A stretch of DNA of 64,000 nucleotides from Planctomycetaceae bacterium (GTDB lineage: Bacteria > Planctomycetota > Planctomycetia > Pirellulales > Pirellulaceae), in assembly GCA_007694185.1 (NCBI GenBank), contig RECD01000174.1:2364-66363 (forward strand). Reading direction: 5' to 3'. This document shows positions 28,042-38,473 of this stretch, in pieces (the stretch's first letter is position 1; each line of letters opens with the position of its first letter). Both the position numbers and the translations under genes were made by a program. The notes under the pieces were generated by a model, which saw only the letters and a list, made by a program, of their open reading frames with translations, did no database searches and was not told the origin of the DNA.

Positions 28042-28986
28042 TCAGATCCCCAGCAATTCCCGAGTCGCGATGCGGTCGGCTCGGTAGGCGGCGATGCACT
28101 CGTCGATCCGGTCCGGGTCGCGATGATCGATGTATTCCATGTGCAACGACACCGGGACCGCCAACCCGGAATCGCGAACGGCCGCGAACAGTTTCGGGTC
28201 GACTTGGCCTGTCCCCAGCGGCACGTTTTCAGCTTTGCCTTCGGTCCAGTGAAAATCTTTCAGGAAGATAGCGCCGACATGCGGCCGGATCATCGCCCAA
28301 TTCAGCGGCCAACTCATCCCGGCCTCAACCGTCGCATGCCGGACGTCGTAGGCGACCGCGATCTCCGCCGGCGAGATCGATTCGAGCATCTGTCGCAGGT
28401 CCCAGAGCGGTGCCCCGACATAGCGGTCCCCGGCGTGGTTTTGGTAGACGCCGACGATCCCCAGAGCACGGTTCTGCTGCGCCAGCCGCTCCGCTTGGCG
28501 GGTGAAGTTCTGGAGCTGCGGCAGGATCGGCTTGTTCAAGTCATACTGGTAGTAGCCCATCCGGTAATGTCGCACACCGAGCTTGGCGGCCGTTTCCAGC
28601 ACCTCGGCGGCGTGGGGCGAATCGGGCGATGTGATCCCGGTCGTCATGATCACGATCCGGCGGTCCCGTCGGTCGAGCGCCTCAGCCAACTTCGGCAAAC
28701 CTCGCCGAGCGTCCTCCGGTTTGACTTGGCCGTCGTCTCGAACGGTCGCTTCGATCCCCGCGACATCCAACTCGACCAGCAGGTCCGCGAGCGCCTCGTT
28801 CGAAAGCCACTGCAAGTGTTTCGCGAAGACGCAGAGCGGTCCGAGCCCTTCATCGGCCGTTCCTTCCGTCGCCCCGGAACCTTCCGCCGCCCTGGAAGGT
28901 CGCCCAGCCAAAGTCGCTAGTGCGCTGGCCATGCCCCCCGCCAAAATCGTCCGTCGGTCGCATCGCATCGTCATTTGCCTCGTCAT
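28042..28986 (-). CDS. sugar phosphate isomerase/epimerase-type (xylose isomerase-like TIM barrel) protein with a Tat-type signal
   Basis: 314 aa. Twin-arginine leader MRCDRRTILAGGMASALATLAG. The body resembles the AP_endonuc_2/TIM-barrel family (GVRHYRMGYY..., VYQNHAGDRYVG, AVAYDVRHATVEAG, IFLKDFHW). Confidence 0.55.
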   Translation of the reverse strand: MTRQMTMRCDRRTILAGGMASALATLAGRPSRAAEGSGATEGTADEGLGPLCVFAKHLQWLSNEALADLLVELDVAGIEATVRDDGQVKPEDARRGLPKLAEALDRRDRRIVIMTTGITSPDSPHAAEVLETAAKLGVRHYRMGYYQYDLNKPILPQLQNFTRQAERLAQQNRALGIVGVYQNHAGDRYVGAPLWDLRQMLESISPAEIAVAYDVRHATVEAGMSWPLNWAMIRPHVGAIFLKDFHWTEGKAENVPLGTGQVDPKLFAAVRDSGLAVPVSLHMEYIDHRDPDRIDECIAAYRADRIATRELLGI

Positions 28987-29127
28987 AAAGCCGCCAAACC
29001 TCGTCCGGACGTCACCCGTCTCGCTGTCGCGGACGCCGTGTTGCCATTCTAACCGGTCGCCGGTGTCACCGGCCGGTCAACTCGCTTGACGGCTGGGCGG
29101 ATCGAGTCCCGTGCAAAACCGCACGGG

Positions 29128-32073
29128 TCACTTGCCACCCTTGGTCGCCGGTGATGGCTTCGGGGCGACCAACACTTCCGCCGGCACCGGGTGATCTTCG
29201 GTCGGCATGGTGCCGGGGGTCAGGGGACCCGGGGTTCGAATCAGCCCGGATGCGGTGTAGCAATCGGCATTGCAATGGCTCACCCCACTGGCGTTCATCC
29301 AGTCGCCGCCACCGAGGGTTTCCGGGGTGATCGCTCCGGGATCGATCCAGAGACCTTCGGGGGTCAGTTGCATCGTCTCCAGATCGAAGTCGAGGCTGCG
29401 GCGGATCACCTCGTAGTTCACGAAGATGTTCAGCAGCGTGTTTTGCGAGTTCAACAAGTCGGTCAAGGCGCTGATCGTATCCCGTGCGGCCGTCGGCCCG
29501 CTGCTCAGCCCTCGGGCGTCGCGGAGGGCCCGCAGGTCTTCGTTCAGTTCCAACTGCTCGGCCGCGATCCGGACCGATTGCCGCCCGATCTCGAAGTTGA
29601 TTTGGTTCGTCAACGCCTGACGAAGCTCACCACGGACCAATTGCCAGACCCCGTCCTCGAACTGGTAATAGTTCCGCCGTGCCTGTTCGAACTCGATCTG
29701 CGATTGGCGGTAGGTGTTCCGTTCCTGGAGCCTCGTCAGCGGCGCGTCCCAGCGGAGGCCGACGCGGAGTCGGCCGGTGCTGGTCCGCAGGTCGAGCGGG
29801 TTGCTGCTGCCGTTCTGGACGTCGCCCGAGAAGACGACATCGAGCGAACTCTCCAAGTCGTCCGCGTTGAACTCGATCAACCGCCACGTATCGACCAGCG
29901 CGGCGCGGGCGTTGGCCCAATCGCGGCGGTTGGCTTGCGCGATCTGGAAGGCCTCGGCGGGCGTCAGCCGGATTTCAGGCAGCACGACACTTTCGGTTCG
30001 GCTGCGGGCTTGGATCAGTTGCAGTGCCAACACGTCGTCGGCCAAATCGGCCAACAGGTCCTGGCTACCCAGGATCACGTCGTTGCGGATGGTATCCGCC
30101 AAGTCCCGCGGAGCGATTTCGGCCCCCGCATCCGGTTGGGAGAACCGCTCCAGCGTCGCTTGCAAGCGGTCCAGCAAAACCGCGTAGCGAGCGAATCGCG
30201 TCGACAACTTCTCGTAATCGCTCTCAAGCGTCGTCACGACGTCGAGGATCTCCGCTCCGTCGAACAGGTTGGTGGTAACCCCCTCAAATTCGAGCAGGTT
30301 GCAAATCTTGCCCCGATTCTGTTCGTAGGTCTCGCGAAGCGAATCCGCTTGGCGACGCCGCTCGCCCTGAGCGGCACGCAGCGTCTGGATGTCGTTGGCA
30401 ACCCGCGGAAGGTCGAGGTCGACCACCTGGCTACGAAATGCCAACAGCGGGCCGAGTGCCACCTCCAGACGCTTGACCGTCTCGGCCAACTCGGGCGACC
30501 ATTCGATTTCCAGTTTTGGCAACCCGGTATTGGCGTCGACCGATCGCGTGGCGTTGCCCAGCAACTCCAGGTTGATCTGACCGGCCGTCGTCCGCAGGTC
30601 GAGCAACTGCTCGCGGCGACCCCGCAGCGTCTGATCGATCAGCTCGAACCGTTCCAGCATTGGGTCGGCGATCTCGACACACAGGTAAGGCGGCAATCCG
30701 AGGGTCCGCAGGAACCGATCGATGTCGTTCTGGTATGCCGAACGACGGTTGATCAGTTGGGTTTGCGCGTTCAATAGCGCCGAACGGGCTTGCGCGATTT
30801 GCAGCCGTTGTCGGGGAATCCCCTCGGCGTCGTCGGGGATCGTCGTCAGCAACTCGATCAATGTGTCTTCGAGGATCAACAGATTTTCCTTCAGCCGCGC
30901 GACGTTCTCCTCCAAGTTGCGGATCTGCAATTGCGATTGGAGCAAGCCGAGGAATCCGCCCGCTTGGGGAACGCCCCCGCCGCCGGCGACGCCGAACCCG
31001 GCCCCGCCGCCACCGCCGCCGGCCAGACCGGCAAAACCGCCGCCCAAGCCGGTGAAGCCGCCCAAACCGACGCCGAACACCCCGCCGCTCCGTTGCACGG
31101 TGCTCTCGGTCGCCCGCCCGATCGTCACGTTCAAGTAGAAACTCCGTCGGTAACGTTCGAACGCCCGGACGTTCGCCAGCAAACGGCGTTCCGACAGCGT
31201 CAACCGTTCCAGCACCCGATCCCGGCCGGCGCCGCGGAGCAGCGGTTGCAACAACACGAAATCGAACACCGTGTTCGCCGTCTGCTGGTTCGGGCCGCTG
31301 AAGTCCCAGACGACGCCGTTGGCGAAACCGACCAACAGGTCCGCACCGGTCGCGAAGGTCCGCTGCATCGCCCAGGGACGGCGACCGACGCTGTAAGGGG
31401 CCAATTCCAAGCTTGAACGACTGTTGCCGCCCCCGCCCCGTCGGTTCGGGCCGTCCGCCGTGAAGAACGTTTGCATCCCGCCGAAGAACTGGGTGTCGAA
31501 CCGGAACCGTTCGCTGCTGACGTCGAGCGCCGACAGGTAAAGCTGTTCGATCTGACGCTGGTATTCGGGCGAATGGAGCAGCGCCAATTGCACAGCCATG
31601 TCCGAATCGAGCCGCAACACGCCGTTCTCATCCAGCGGCAGCGTCGCCCACCAATCCGGATTTTCCATCGCGTTGGTCGTCCCGGCGGCTTTCCAGAGCG
31701 GGTAGGCCCGGCGGCCGTCGACGACCCGCATGTAGCGGTGTGAAGCCGGATCGTCGACCGGCATCGGCTGAAAATCGAGGTCGAACGGGTTGTACATTCG
31801 GCTGCGCCCGTCCGGGTTGACCCGGATCAATTGCCCCGGGTCCTGGCAGGCATGCAGGACCTTCTCGTCGATCAGTTGATGCGCTTCCATATCCGCCTGG
31901 CGGCGGTAATAGGCGCGGTGGCAGCCCGTCGAAGTCGTTAAGCAGGCCAGCAGCAGCACCAGCCCCAGACGAAACGCCGGGGCAGTCGCCCGCTTCGGTA
32001 GCGAGCCAATCTCCAACCCTGCCCGCACCGCACCGCGATGGCTTCTCCGCCCCTGCCGAATCTTGGATCGCAT
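29128..32073 (-). CDS. TolC-family outer membrane channel-like lipoprotein, unusually large, with a Gly-rich insert
   Basis: 981 aa. Lipobox-like LLLACLTTSTGC. Two OEP-like halves (LRLDSDMAVQLALLHSPEYQRQIEQLYLSALDV...; IRLTPAEAFQIAQANRRDWANARAALVDTWRLIEF...). Insert GGVFGVGLGGFTGLGGGFAGLAGGGGGGAGFGVAGGGGVPQAGG. Confidence 0.6.
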   Translation of the reverse strand: MRSKIRQGRRSHRGAVRAGLEIGSLPKRATAPAFRLGLVLLLACLTTSTGCHRAYYRRQADMEAHQLIDEKVLHACQDPGQLIRVNPDGRSRMYNPFDLDFQPMPVDDPASHRYMRVVDGRRAYPLWKAAGTTNAMENPDWWATLPLDENGVLRLDSDMAVQLALLHSPEYQRQIEQLYLSALDVSSERFRFDTQFFGGMQTFFTADGPNRRGGGGNSRSSLELAPYSVGRRPWAMQRTFATGADLLVGFANGVVWDFSGPNQQTANTVFDFVLLQPLLRGAGRDRVLERLTLSERRLLANVRAFERYRRSFYLNVTIGRATESTVQRSGGVFGVGLGGFTGLGGGFAGLAGGGGGGAGFGVAGGGGVPQAGGFLGLLQSQLQIRNLEENVARLKENLLILEDTLIELLTTIPDDAEGIPRQRLQIAQARSALLNAQTQLINRRSAYQNDIDRFLRTLGLPPYLCVEIADPMLERFELIDQTLRGRREQLLDLRTTAGQINLELLGNATRSVDANTGLPKLEIEWSPELAETVKRLEVALGPLLAFRSQVVDLDLPRVANDIQTLRAAQGERRRQADSLRETYEQNRGKICNLLEFEGVTTNLFDGAEILDVVTTLESDYEKLSTRFARYAVLLDRLQATLERFSQPDAGAEIAPRDLADTIRNDVILGSQDLLADLADDVLALQLIQARSRTESVVLPEIRLTPAEAFQIAQANRRDWANARAALVDTWRLIEFNADDLESSLDVVFSGDVQNGSSNPLDLRTSTGRLRVGLRWDAPLTRLQERNTYRQSQIEFEQARRNYYQFEDGVWQLVRGELRQALTNQINFEIGRQSVRIAAEQLELNEDLRALRDARGLSSGPTAARDTISALTDLLNSQNTLLNIFVNYEVIRRSLDFDLETMQLTPEGLWIDPGAITPETLGGGDWMNASGVSHCNADCYTASGLIRTPGPLTPGTMPTEDHPVPAEVLVAPKPSPATKGGK

Positions 32074-32447
32074 CTTTGCCTACTTCCCAGGTACCGTCGG
32101 ATCCGGAATCTTCGACCCACGCGGCAACGCACAACCGTTGCCGACGGATCGACCCGCACTTCTGGATCGGTAGGAACGACCCCTGCACTTGATACAACCG
32201 GAATTCCCGGGCCGGATTCCGTTGACGGCTGTAGCCGTCGTGCCGATCAGGGCGACTTTGCCGATTGGGCGATCTGAGACGGGTGTTTGGCTGACAGAGA
32301 CCTGAGTCGAGATACGGACGCCAGATAACGCTGTTAAAACTTGACGGTCGGGACAGGCCGAAATAGCATCTGAACAGGTTCGCTCATCTCCACCCTGGCT
32401 TTGGCCTCGGTATCGTTCGCGACATTCGCCCATTGCCAGGCAAGCTC

Positions 32448-33896
32448 ATGTCCTACGCCCTGCTAGCATTCCTGATCATCCTGGTGCTGGCGTTCGGCTT
32501 TTTCATGTGGAAAAGCCGTGATTCGATGCAGTGGTACGCGATCACTTCGATGGCGTTGTCGTTGCTGTTGGGAATCACGCTGCTGCTCCCCACCGCCGCA
32601 ACGCTCAAGAGCCGCTCCGCCTGGCACAAGGTGAAAGAGGACTTGGAAGCCCAGTTGGTGCGATTGGAAAACGAGCAGGAATCGCTCAAGAACGGCGATT
32701 CGATCGGCGGTGGCGGCGTCTTGGAACTCCAGGAGAGCCTCCACCGTTATTCCCTCGAGGCGGGGCGGCGTTGGCAGGGGTTGCAGATGCAGGCCGGCGC
32801 CACGCCGACCTCCGTGCGGTTGGTGCGAACGGCCCCGGTGAGCGAATTGCCGCCCGGGATGGAAGCCGCCCCCGAACCCGCCGCTCCCGCTGCGGCCGAA
32901 CCCGCCCCCACCCTGCCGCTGATCCCCGAGTCGTTGGTCGTCTACGGGTTTGCCGAGACGATCACCGCCGGGCTGGAAGTCCCGATCCCGACCTTTTTCT
33001 TGGGCGAGTTCATCGTTCGCTCCAGCACGCCGACCGAAGTCGTGCTCGAACCGACCGGCAGGCTGGAAAACCCTCAAGCCCAAGCGATCACCAGCGGTGA
33101 GGCCCGGAGCTGGTCGCTCTACGAATTGTTGCCGTTGGACAGCCATGACGCCTTCGTCGCGGAAGGGAGCGAACCGACGGACGACGAGTTTTTCGGACGA
33201 GTCGACGAAGACCTGGTTCGGCAATTGCTCGGACAATCGGTTTCCGAGGCGACCCTCACTAAATACCTGCGTGATGGCGCCCGGGCCTCCCAGGACGATC
33301 CGCCCCCGAGCCGTTGGACGAAGGTCGAATTCACACAAAATCACTCGATCACGGTCGACAGCCCCGGGCAACGGGGGGCGCTCGATGGCGGATTCTTCGA
33401 CGGCAGTGGCCAAGCCGTTGATAGCCGACTGCAACGTGGAGAAGAAGGGAACGTAACCTTCCGCGTCGGCGACCAGTTGGTTTTGAAGGAAGAAGCCGCC
33501 AACGAATTGATCGAAGCTGGGGTCGTCAAATTGGTCGACAACTACTTCCTGCGTCCGCTGAACGATTATCGGGTGGTCCTGCGTCGGATTCGCCTCCGGC
33601 TCGATTCGCTGGCGATCCGCCGCCAACAACTCGAACGGGAGCAAAAGGTGTTGGACGATGCGATCGCGGCAACGGTGCAGATGCTGGCTTCCAACCAAGA
33701 CTCGAAGTTGAAATTGGAGAAGGACTTGGCTCAGATCCAGGTCGAACGGGCTGCGATCACGAGCTACGGCGATGCGGTCCGTCAGCGATTGTCCGAAACC
33801 AAGACGACCTTGGCGTCCTTGTACCGACAAAATCTCGGCATGCGGGCGGAGTTGGCCGAAATCCATGCCGGGATCGAAGCCTCGTTCGGTCCGTGA
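32448..33896 (+). CDS. hypothetical two-TM protein with N- and C-terminal coiled coils
   Basis: ATG at 32448 (track TTG at 32433). Two TM helices (YALLAFLIILVLAFGFFMW; ITSMALSLLLGITLLLP). Coiled coil (KEDLEAQLVRLENEQESLK), Ala/Pro linker, central domain, and a long C-terminal coiled coil. No family recognised. Confidence 0.5.
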   Translation: MSYALLAFLIILVLAFGFFMWKSRDSMQWYAITSMALSLLLGITLLLPTAATLKSRSAWHKVKEDLEAQLVRLENEQESLKNGDSIGGGGVLELQESLHRYSLEAGRRWQGLQMQAGATPTSVRLVRTAPVSELPPGMEAAPEPAAPAAAEPAPTLPLIPESLVVYGFAETITAGLEVPIPTFFLGEFIVRSSTPTEVVLEPTGRLENPQAQAITSGEARSWSLYELLPLDSHDAFVAEGSEPTDDEFFGRVDEDLVRQLLGQSVSEATLTKYLRDGARASQDDPPPSRWTKVEFTQNHSITVDSPGQRGALDGGFFDGSGQAVDSRLQRGEEGNVTFRVGDQLVLKEEAANELIEAGVVKLVDNYFLRPLNDYRVVLRRIRLRLDSLAIRRQQLEREQKVLDDAIAATVQMLASNQDSKLKLEKDLAQIQVERAAITSYGDAVRQRLSETKTTLASLYRQNLGMRAELAEIHAGIEASFGP

Positions 33897-34172
33897 TGGC
33901 CTCGTCCGCGGTACCCTCTCTCCCTCGGTCCCACCGCATCGGCATGATCTGCGGTTGCGTCTGACGAACGGCTGACTCCACGGCACACGGCACGCTCGGG
34001 TCGTCACTGCGAAACGAAATGGCGTTCCCGAGTTGGCTGAAACCTCGCAGCCCGCAGCCCTACCGCCTACCTAAATTGACTTCCTAACGAACTTCATTCT
34101 TCCCAGCGAAGTTCCCAGGCTTCCGTTTGAACGCCCGCGATGTTCAAGCGGGCAACCACCCGGTTGCATCGC

Positions 34173-36275
34173 TCAGCGGATCAAACGAATCCGTCCCCAA
34201 TTCGGCGTGATCGGTAACGGTTCGCTCCAGGTATGAGGCCAAAAAACCAGCAGCGCCTTGCCGACCAGCAGATCGCGGGGGACGTAATTCTTGTCAGCAA
34301 AGCGATATGCGTCCGGGTCGATCGGATTGGCCGGCACGTAGCCGATCCAGCAGCGGGCGTCCTGGCTTTCCGGGCTGTTGTCTCCCATCGGGAAAAATTG
34401 GTCCTGCTCCAAATCGAAGGCGACCGTGTTGCGAGCTTCCCAGCCGACGAAATCGTCCCACAAGGCGGGGGTGGCAAGGTAGGTCTGGATTTCGGCGATG
34501 TTGTCCCGATTCATCATCGGCGTACGGCCGTTTTCGGCGTAATCAAGCAGGCCGTTCGTCGAACTCTTGGACGAGATGTAGTACTTGTCGCGGTCGACCT
34601 TCAGATGTCGCACCGTCGCCTGGCCACCGCGGACGGCGATCGCCACCGGCGCGGCGTCGAGCGGATGAACCGCGGGCCGGTATTGAGGCCGATCCGCCTC
34701 CGGCGTCCGGTAGTCACGGTGATCGAAAGTCGTCGGACCGTCGAAGGTCACGACGCGATCGTTCACCCACAACAGCAACTGATCGTCCGCGTTGCTGAAT
34801 CGCACCCGCGCCCGCTTGCCGGCGCGAACGGCGGTCGCCGCCTTGACGGAAGTCGGACGCTCGGCGTCCTCCCCCAACGGCAGAACATGGTCGTCGTCCC
34901 AAACCCGCAATTCCGCCTCGCCCGACCGCAGGTCGAAGACGCATTGGTACTGCACACCGGCCTCCACAATTTCCAACAGCAGCGACTCGGCGTCGGCGGA
35001 CGTCTCCACGTCAGCTTCGAAAATCAGGTCACCGACCCAGTGCATCCCCATCGTCGCGGAGTCGTTCTGACCGAACCTGGGCATCTGCTTGCCCTGCTTC
35101 AGTTGGCCGCTGACGTAATTGGGATGAAAAACCCCGGTGGGACGCCTGAACAGCCCGCGGAACCGACCGAACAAACCACGCGACGACTCTCTCGCCATCT
35201 CTTGCGGCGAGACCCGATAAACGTATTGTGAAGGTAGGTGCAGGTAGGAGTTGTAAGGATAGAAATCGGTAATCGCTTCACTGGTGTACGGGTCGACCAC
35301 GCCCACGCCGAGCCCACGGCCGCTCCGCTCTCGGAGCGATCGGTCGACCGAGCGGTGATAGTACCGCAGCCATTTCCACTCGTCGTCGGCCGCGACTTCC
35401 GCGACCAAACCGTTTGCGGAAGGGGTCAGTACCCACGAATCGCTCGGCGGTACGGTCGCCCCCTCGCTCCAACTTTGCCATGGCGATGGATACCCCGCTT
35501 CGAGCAAGCCGAGCGGTTGATAGTTCGAATCATGGACCACGTGCGACATCGCCAACAATTTGCTCGGCGATTTGCGGAGGATCCGAAAATTTCGATCGTC
35601 GATGCTCGCTGCGGACTCATCCCCACCCGCGGGAGAACTCAGCGGCCGGGCATACACATCCCCGTGGTGGATCATCAAGGTTTCGCCCGGCAGGCCGACG
35701 ATCCGCTTGATGTAGTTCTGCTTCGGGTTTCCGGGATACTTAAAGACGGCCACGTCCCAGCGGTCGGGGTCAGACAAGGCGTACGCGAACTTGCTGACCA
35801 AGATCCGATCGCCGCTGAAGGTCGCGTGCCCGCGGTTTGACTTCAAGTCGAGCGCTTCGACGTGATTGCAATTCGGGCAGATCCCCCCGACGACCGTTTC
35901 TCGCGCGCGCGTCTCGATGCTCGCCCCAACCTGGTACTGAATTCCACATTCCTGACAAAACAGGTCCTTGTGCTCCCCCATCAGGGCGGGAGCCATCGAG
36001 CCGGTCGGGATCACAAAGGCTTCGGCAAGAAAACCGCGGAACAGCAGCGCGAGGATCAACGCCACGACGATCGATTCGACCGTCTCGCGATGCCCGCTCA
36101 ACCGGATCTCGATCGCCCGTTTCGCCGCGGGACTCAGCCGCTGCTCCTCCGCCGATTCCTCATCCGCGACCGGCACCGGGGTTTCGGCCGCCGGAGTGAC
36201 GGCCCCCTTGGTTTCGACCACCTGGGGTTCGGTCGTGGCGGTCGATCGGGCGTTGCGTTTGGGCGTCCGGGACAT
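34173..36275 (-). CDS. lepB: signal peptidase I (S26), very large form
   Basis: 700 aa with an ATG start. TM anchor, then catalytic Ser box VIPTGSMAPALMG. Also GDRILVSKFAY, Lys box YIKRIVGLPGETL, and FPMGDNSPESQDARCW near the C-terminus. About 400 residues are inserted between the Lys box and the GDN box. Confidence 0.85.
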   Translation of the reverse strand: MSRTPKRNARSTATTEPQVVETKGAVTPAAETPVPVADEESAEEQRLSPAAKRAIEIRLSGHRETVESIVVALILALLFRGFLAEAFVIPTGSMAPALMGEHKDLFCQECGIQYQVGASIETRARETVVGGICPNCNHVEALDLKSNRGHATFSGDRILVSKFAYALSDPDRWDVAVFKYPGNPKQNYIKRIVGLPGETLMIHHGDVYARPLSSPAGGDESAASIDDRNFRILRKSPSKLLAMSHVVHDSNYQPLGLLEAGYPSPWQSWSEGATVPPSDSWVLTPSANGLVAEVAADDEWKWLRYYHRSVDRSLRERSGRGLGVGVVDPYTSEAITDFYPYNSYLHLPSQYVYRVSPQEMARESSRGLFGRFRGLFRRPTGVFHPNYVSGQLKQGKQMPRFGQNDSATMGMHWVGDLIFEADVETSADAESLLLEIVEAGVQYQCVFDLRSGEAELRVWDDDHVLPLGEDAERPTSVKAATAVRAGKRARVRFSNADDQLLLWVNDRVVTFDGPTTFDHRDYRTPEADRPQYRPAVHPLDAAPVAIAVRGGQATVRHLKVDRDKYYISSKSSTNGLLDYAENGRTPMMNRDNIAEIQTYLATPALWDDFVGWEARNTVAFDLEQDQFFPMGDNSPESQDARCWIGYVPANPIDPDAYRFADKNYVPRDLLVGKALLVFWPHTWSEPLPITPNWGRIRLIR

Positions 36276-36504
36276 GCGGTGCTTGGCAAAGCGGGGGTGA
36301 GCGAAGAGCAGACATGGCGTCCGCCACTGCGTATTGACCGACCAGCAGCTTAACGGTTCCTTCCCAATGCCGAAACTTCATTCGACCCAGTCGCCCGAAA
36401 AAGGGCGGTTTGGGAAGGATTTGCGGCAACCGTCGTGGCCGCTCGACCAAAGCAAAACGGAGCCGTGCTCAACGGGTGTCAGCCGGCACGATTCCCCATT
36501 CGGT

Positions 36505-37185
36505 TCACTCGGCAGCGAGCAGTCGATGAATCACCGGGTCGGACAGCGAATCGGCGATCGCATGGACACCGGGGAATTCGTGCGTCCGGGTGTGGGGGCT
36601 CGGCACGGCGATCACGACCGCCCCCGCCGCGACGCCCGCCGCCGACCCGTTGCCACTGTCCTCCAGCACCAGCATTCGCGACGCTTCGATCTCCAGCTTT
36701 GCCGCCGCTGCCAAATACATCTCGGGATGCGGCTTGCCTTCACGAACGTCGTCGCCAGTCAGCAGGAAACTCAGCGAGTCGAACCAGGGTTGGGCCCGCA
36801 AAATCCGGTTGGCGAAACGGCCTCGGCTGCTGGTCGCGACGCCAAACGGGATACCGCCCGCGATCAGAGCGTCGATCAGCTCCGGCATGCCCGGCATCGC
36901 CGGGGGACCGGCTCCCAACAGATCGCTGTAAATTTCGTCCGATTCGGCCAACAAGTCGTGCGGGTCGTCGTCCAATTCGTGGAAATCGACCATCTCCTGA
37001 AGCGCCGCGACCCCGATCCGCCCCATCATCCGCTGCTGCAATCGGCTGCAAAAACTCCGGCCGCGCGGGGCGAGCAGTCGCTGCCCCACCTCCCAGTAGA
37101 TGTTTTCGGTATCGAACAGCAGGCCGTCCATGTCCAAAGCCACGCCCAGCACGGGGCGGACGGTCGGGAAGTCGAGATTCGGCAC
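36505..37185 (-). CDS. HAD-superfamily hydrolase (beta-phosphoglucomutase-like subfamily)
   Basis: Motif I VALDMDGLLFDTE, motif II GVATSS, motif III/IV ...K...LVLEDSGNG. The track start at 37293 adds 36 unconserved residues. The GTG at 37185 gives a typical 226-aa product. The start is uncertain. Confidence 0.7.
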   Translation of the reverse strand: MPNLDFPTVRPVLGVALDMDGLLFDTENIYWEVGQRLLAPRGRSFCSRLQQRMMGRIGVAALQEMVDFHELDDDPHDLLAESDEIYSDLLGAGPPAMPGMPELIDALIAGGIPFGVATSSRGRFANRILRAQPWFDSLSFLLTGDDVREGKPHPEMYLAAAAKLEIEASRMLVLEDSGNGSAAGVAAGAVVIAVPSPHTRTHEFPGVHAIADSLSDPVIHRLLAAE

Positions 37186-37877
37186 AGCGGGGGTCAACAA
37201 AAAGGTGTGGGGTGAACCTGAGCCAGGCTCGGAGCTCCTGACAAGCCGGTGAGACCGGCAAATCAGGGAGCCTTCCGAAACGAAACTGGCCATCGGCGAG
37301 GCGACGGGAGGACAGCCAGAGCCTCGCCCGGCAGGCGTGAATGCGGCGGCTGCCGCAAAACTCCGGCTGGATACCGCGTCATTTTACCGCGGCGGCCAAG
37401 CAGTTGGCAGGCCGGCAATGCCGCGGAGGTGGGGTCATGACGAATGTAACCGAGCCGTACGGGGTCTGGTGACGGATTTCACGTTTAGACTCTCGACTTC
37501 GGACTGCGGGATGAAAAAATGGAGAAGTAACCGTCTCCCCAGCCTGGCAGCGGGTCTGCTATGATGCCCGCCCAATGACCCCGAGAAACGTCGAGCGATC
37601 GACCGGCAGGCCGAACCGGCTGCGGATGGGTTTGCCATCGCGTCGATTCGGACCGCCGATATCGGGCTTATCCCGAGGTACTTTCCCGGCAGAGTGGTCG
37701 GGGGCGGAGAGGTCAGCGGGCCGCTACCGTCCGGCGACGGTTACGGGAACTGAGGCCCTAACGGCTTCCCCACCGACTACCTAGCGGCCGTGGTGTGGGA
37801 ATCCGATGGGTTCACACGACGAAACTGTCGCACAACTTGGGCCGGCAGCTTGGATATTCGATACACAGGAGTCAGCG

Positions 37878-38216
37878 ATGCAAACCAGCATCTCGGTTCG
37901 TCATGGTGAATTGCAGCCCGGCGATCAGCCGCTCATTGAAGACAAAGTAGCGAAGCTGCGTCGTCTGTTCGATCGGGTCAACGCGATCGAGGTGATCATC
38001 GACCTGAAGGATTTGGATCATCCTTGGGTTGAAATCAAGGTTTCTGCTGAGCACGCCAACGATTGCGTCGCGTCCGCCGATTCGACCACGGTCTTGTCGG
38101 CGCTCGATCTGGCGTTGCCGAAAATCGAGCAGCAGTTGCGTAAGTTGAAGGAAAAGCTGACCGGCCACCGGGCGGTTAGCCACAAGCATATCGATTCGCC
38201 CCTGGAATCCGATTGA
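37878..38216 (+). CDS. hpf: ribosome hibernation promoting factor / RaiA family (short form)
   Basis: The ATG at 37878 is preceded by aggag (37867-37871). MQTSISVRHGELQPGDQPLIEDKVAKLRRLFDRVNAIEVII...VEIKVSAEH fits the sigma-54 modulation protein/S30EA fold. Followed by ptsN, as in classical rpoN-hpf-ptsN clusters. Confidence 0.75.
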   Translation: MQTSISVRHGELQPGDQPLIEDKVAKLRRLFDRVNAIEVIIDLKDLDHPWVEIKVSAEHANDCVASADSTTVLSALDLALPKIEQQLRKLKEKLTGHRAVSHKHIDSPLESD

Positions 38217-38473
38217 GGTCGCGGCATGGGGGCATCGCCGAAAGAGCGTCACCCCGCGGTGGTCGGTCCGGCACCCGCGAGCCGGCTGGGTGTTGTCCCG
38301 TTGCCGGCGGGGTTGGCGTGCAGCCGGCCCAATTGCCTCGTCCGCAGGCGCGGCTCACAAATCCAAGGTCGAACGATGGGCGATCTTTGCCTCCCGGCCA
38401 AATTCGGGTGGCCAAGTGCCGCCCATTACGGACGCCGACTCCCGGCGCCGAATACACGAAATAAAGGACCTGA

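Noticed and set aside
29221-29250. ggggttcgaatc string resembling a tRNA T-loop.
   Set aside because: It lies inside the TolC-like coding frame. The flanking bases give an 11-nt loop rather than a 7-nt T-loop, and no acceptor or anticodon arms can be drawn. No tRNA was found anywhere in the window.
33970-33995. 13-nt match (ccacggcacacgg) to one arm of the hairpin repeat element, in the convergent intergenic region before lepB.
   Set aside because: It is too short, and the opposite arm and the rest of the element are absent. It could be a decayed relic but cannot be distinguished from chance here.
37545-37559. tggcag-cgggt-ctgc, which fits the sigma-54 GG-N10-GC spacing, upstream of hpf-ptsN.
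   Set aside because: It lies more than 300 nt from the hpf start. The -12 element is CTGC rather than TTGC, and such matches arise easily by chance in GC-rich DNA. There is no rpoN or enhancer-binding protein in the window.
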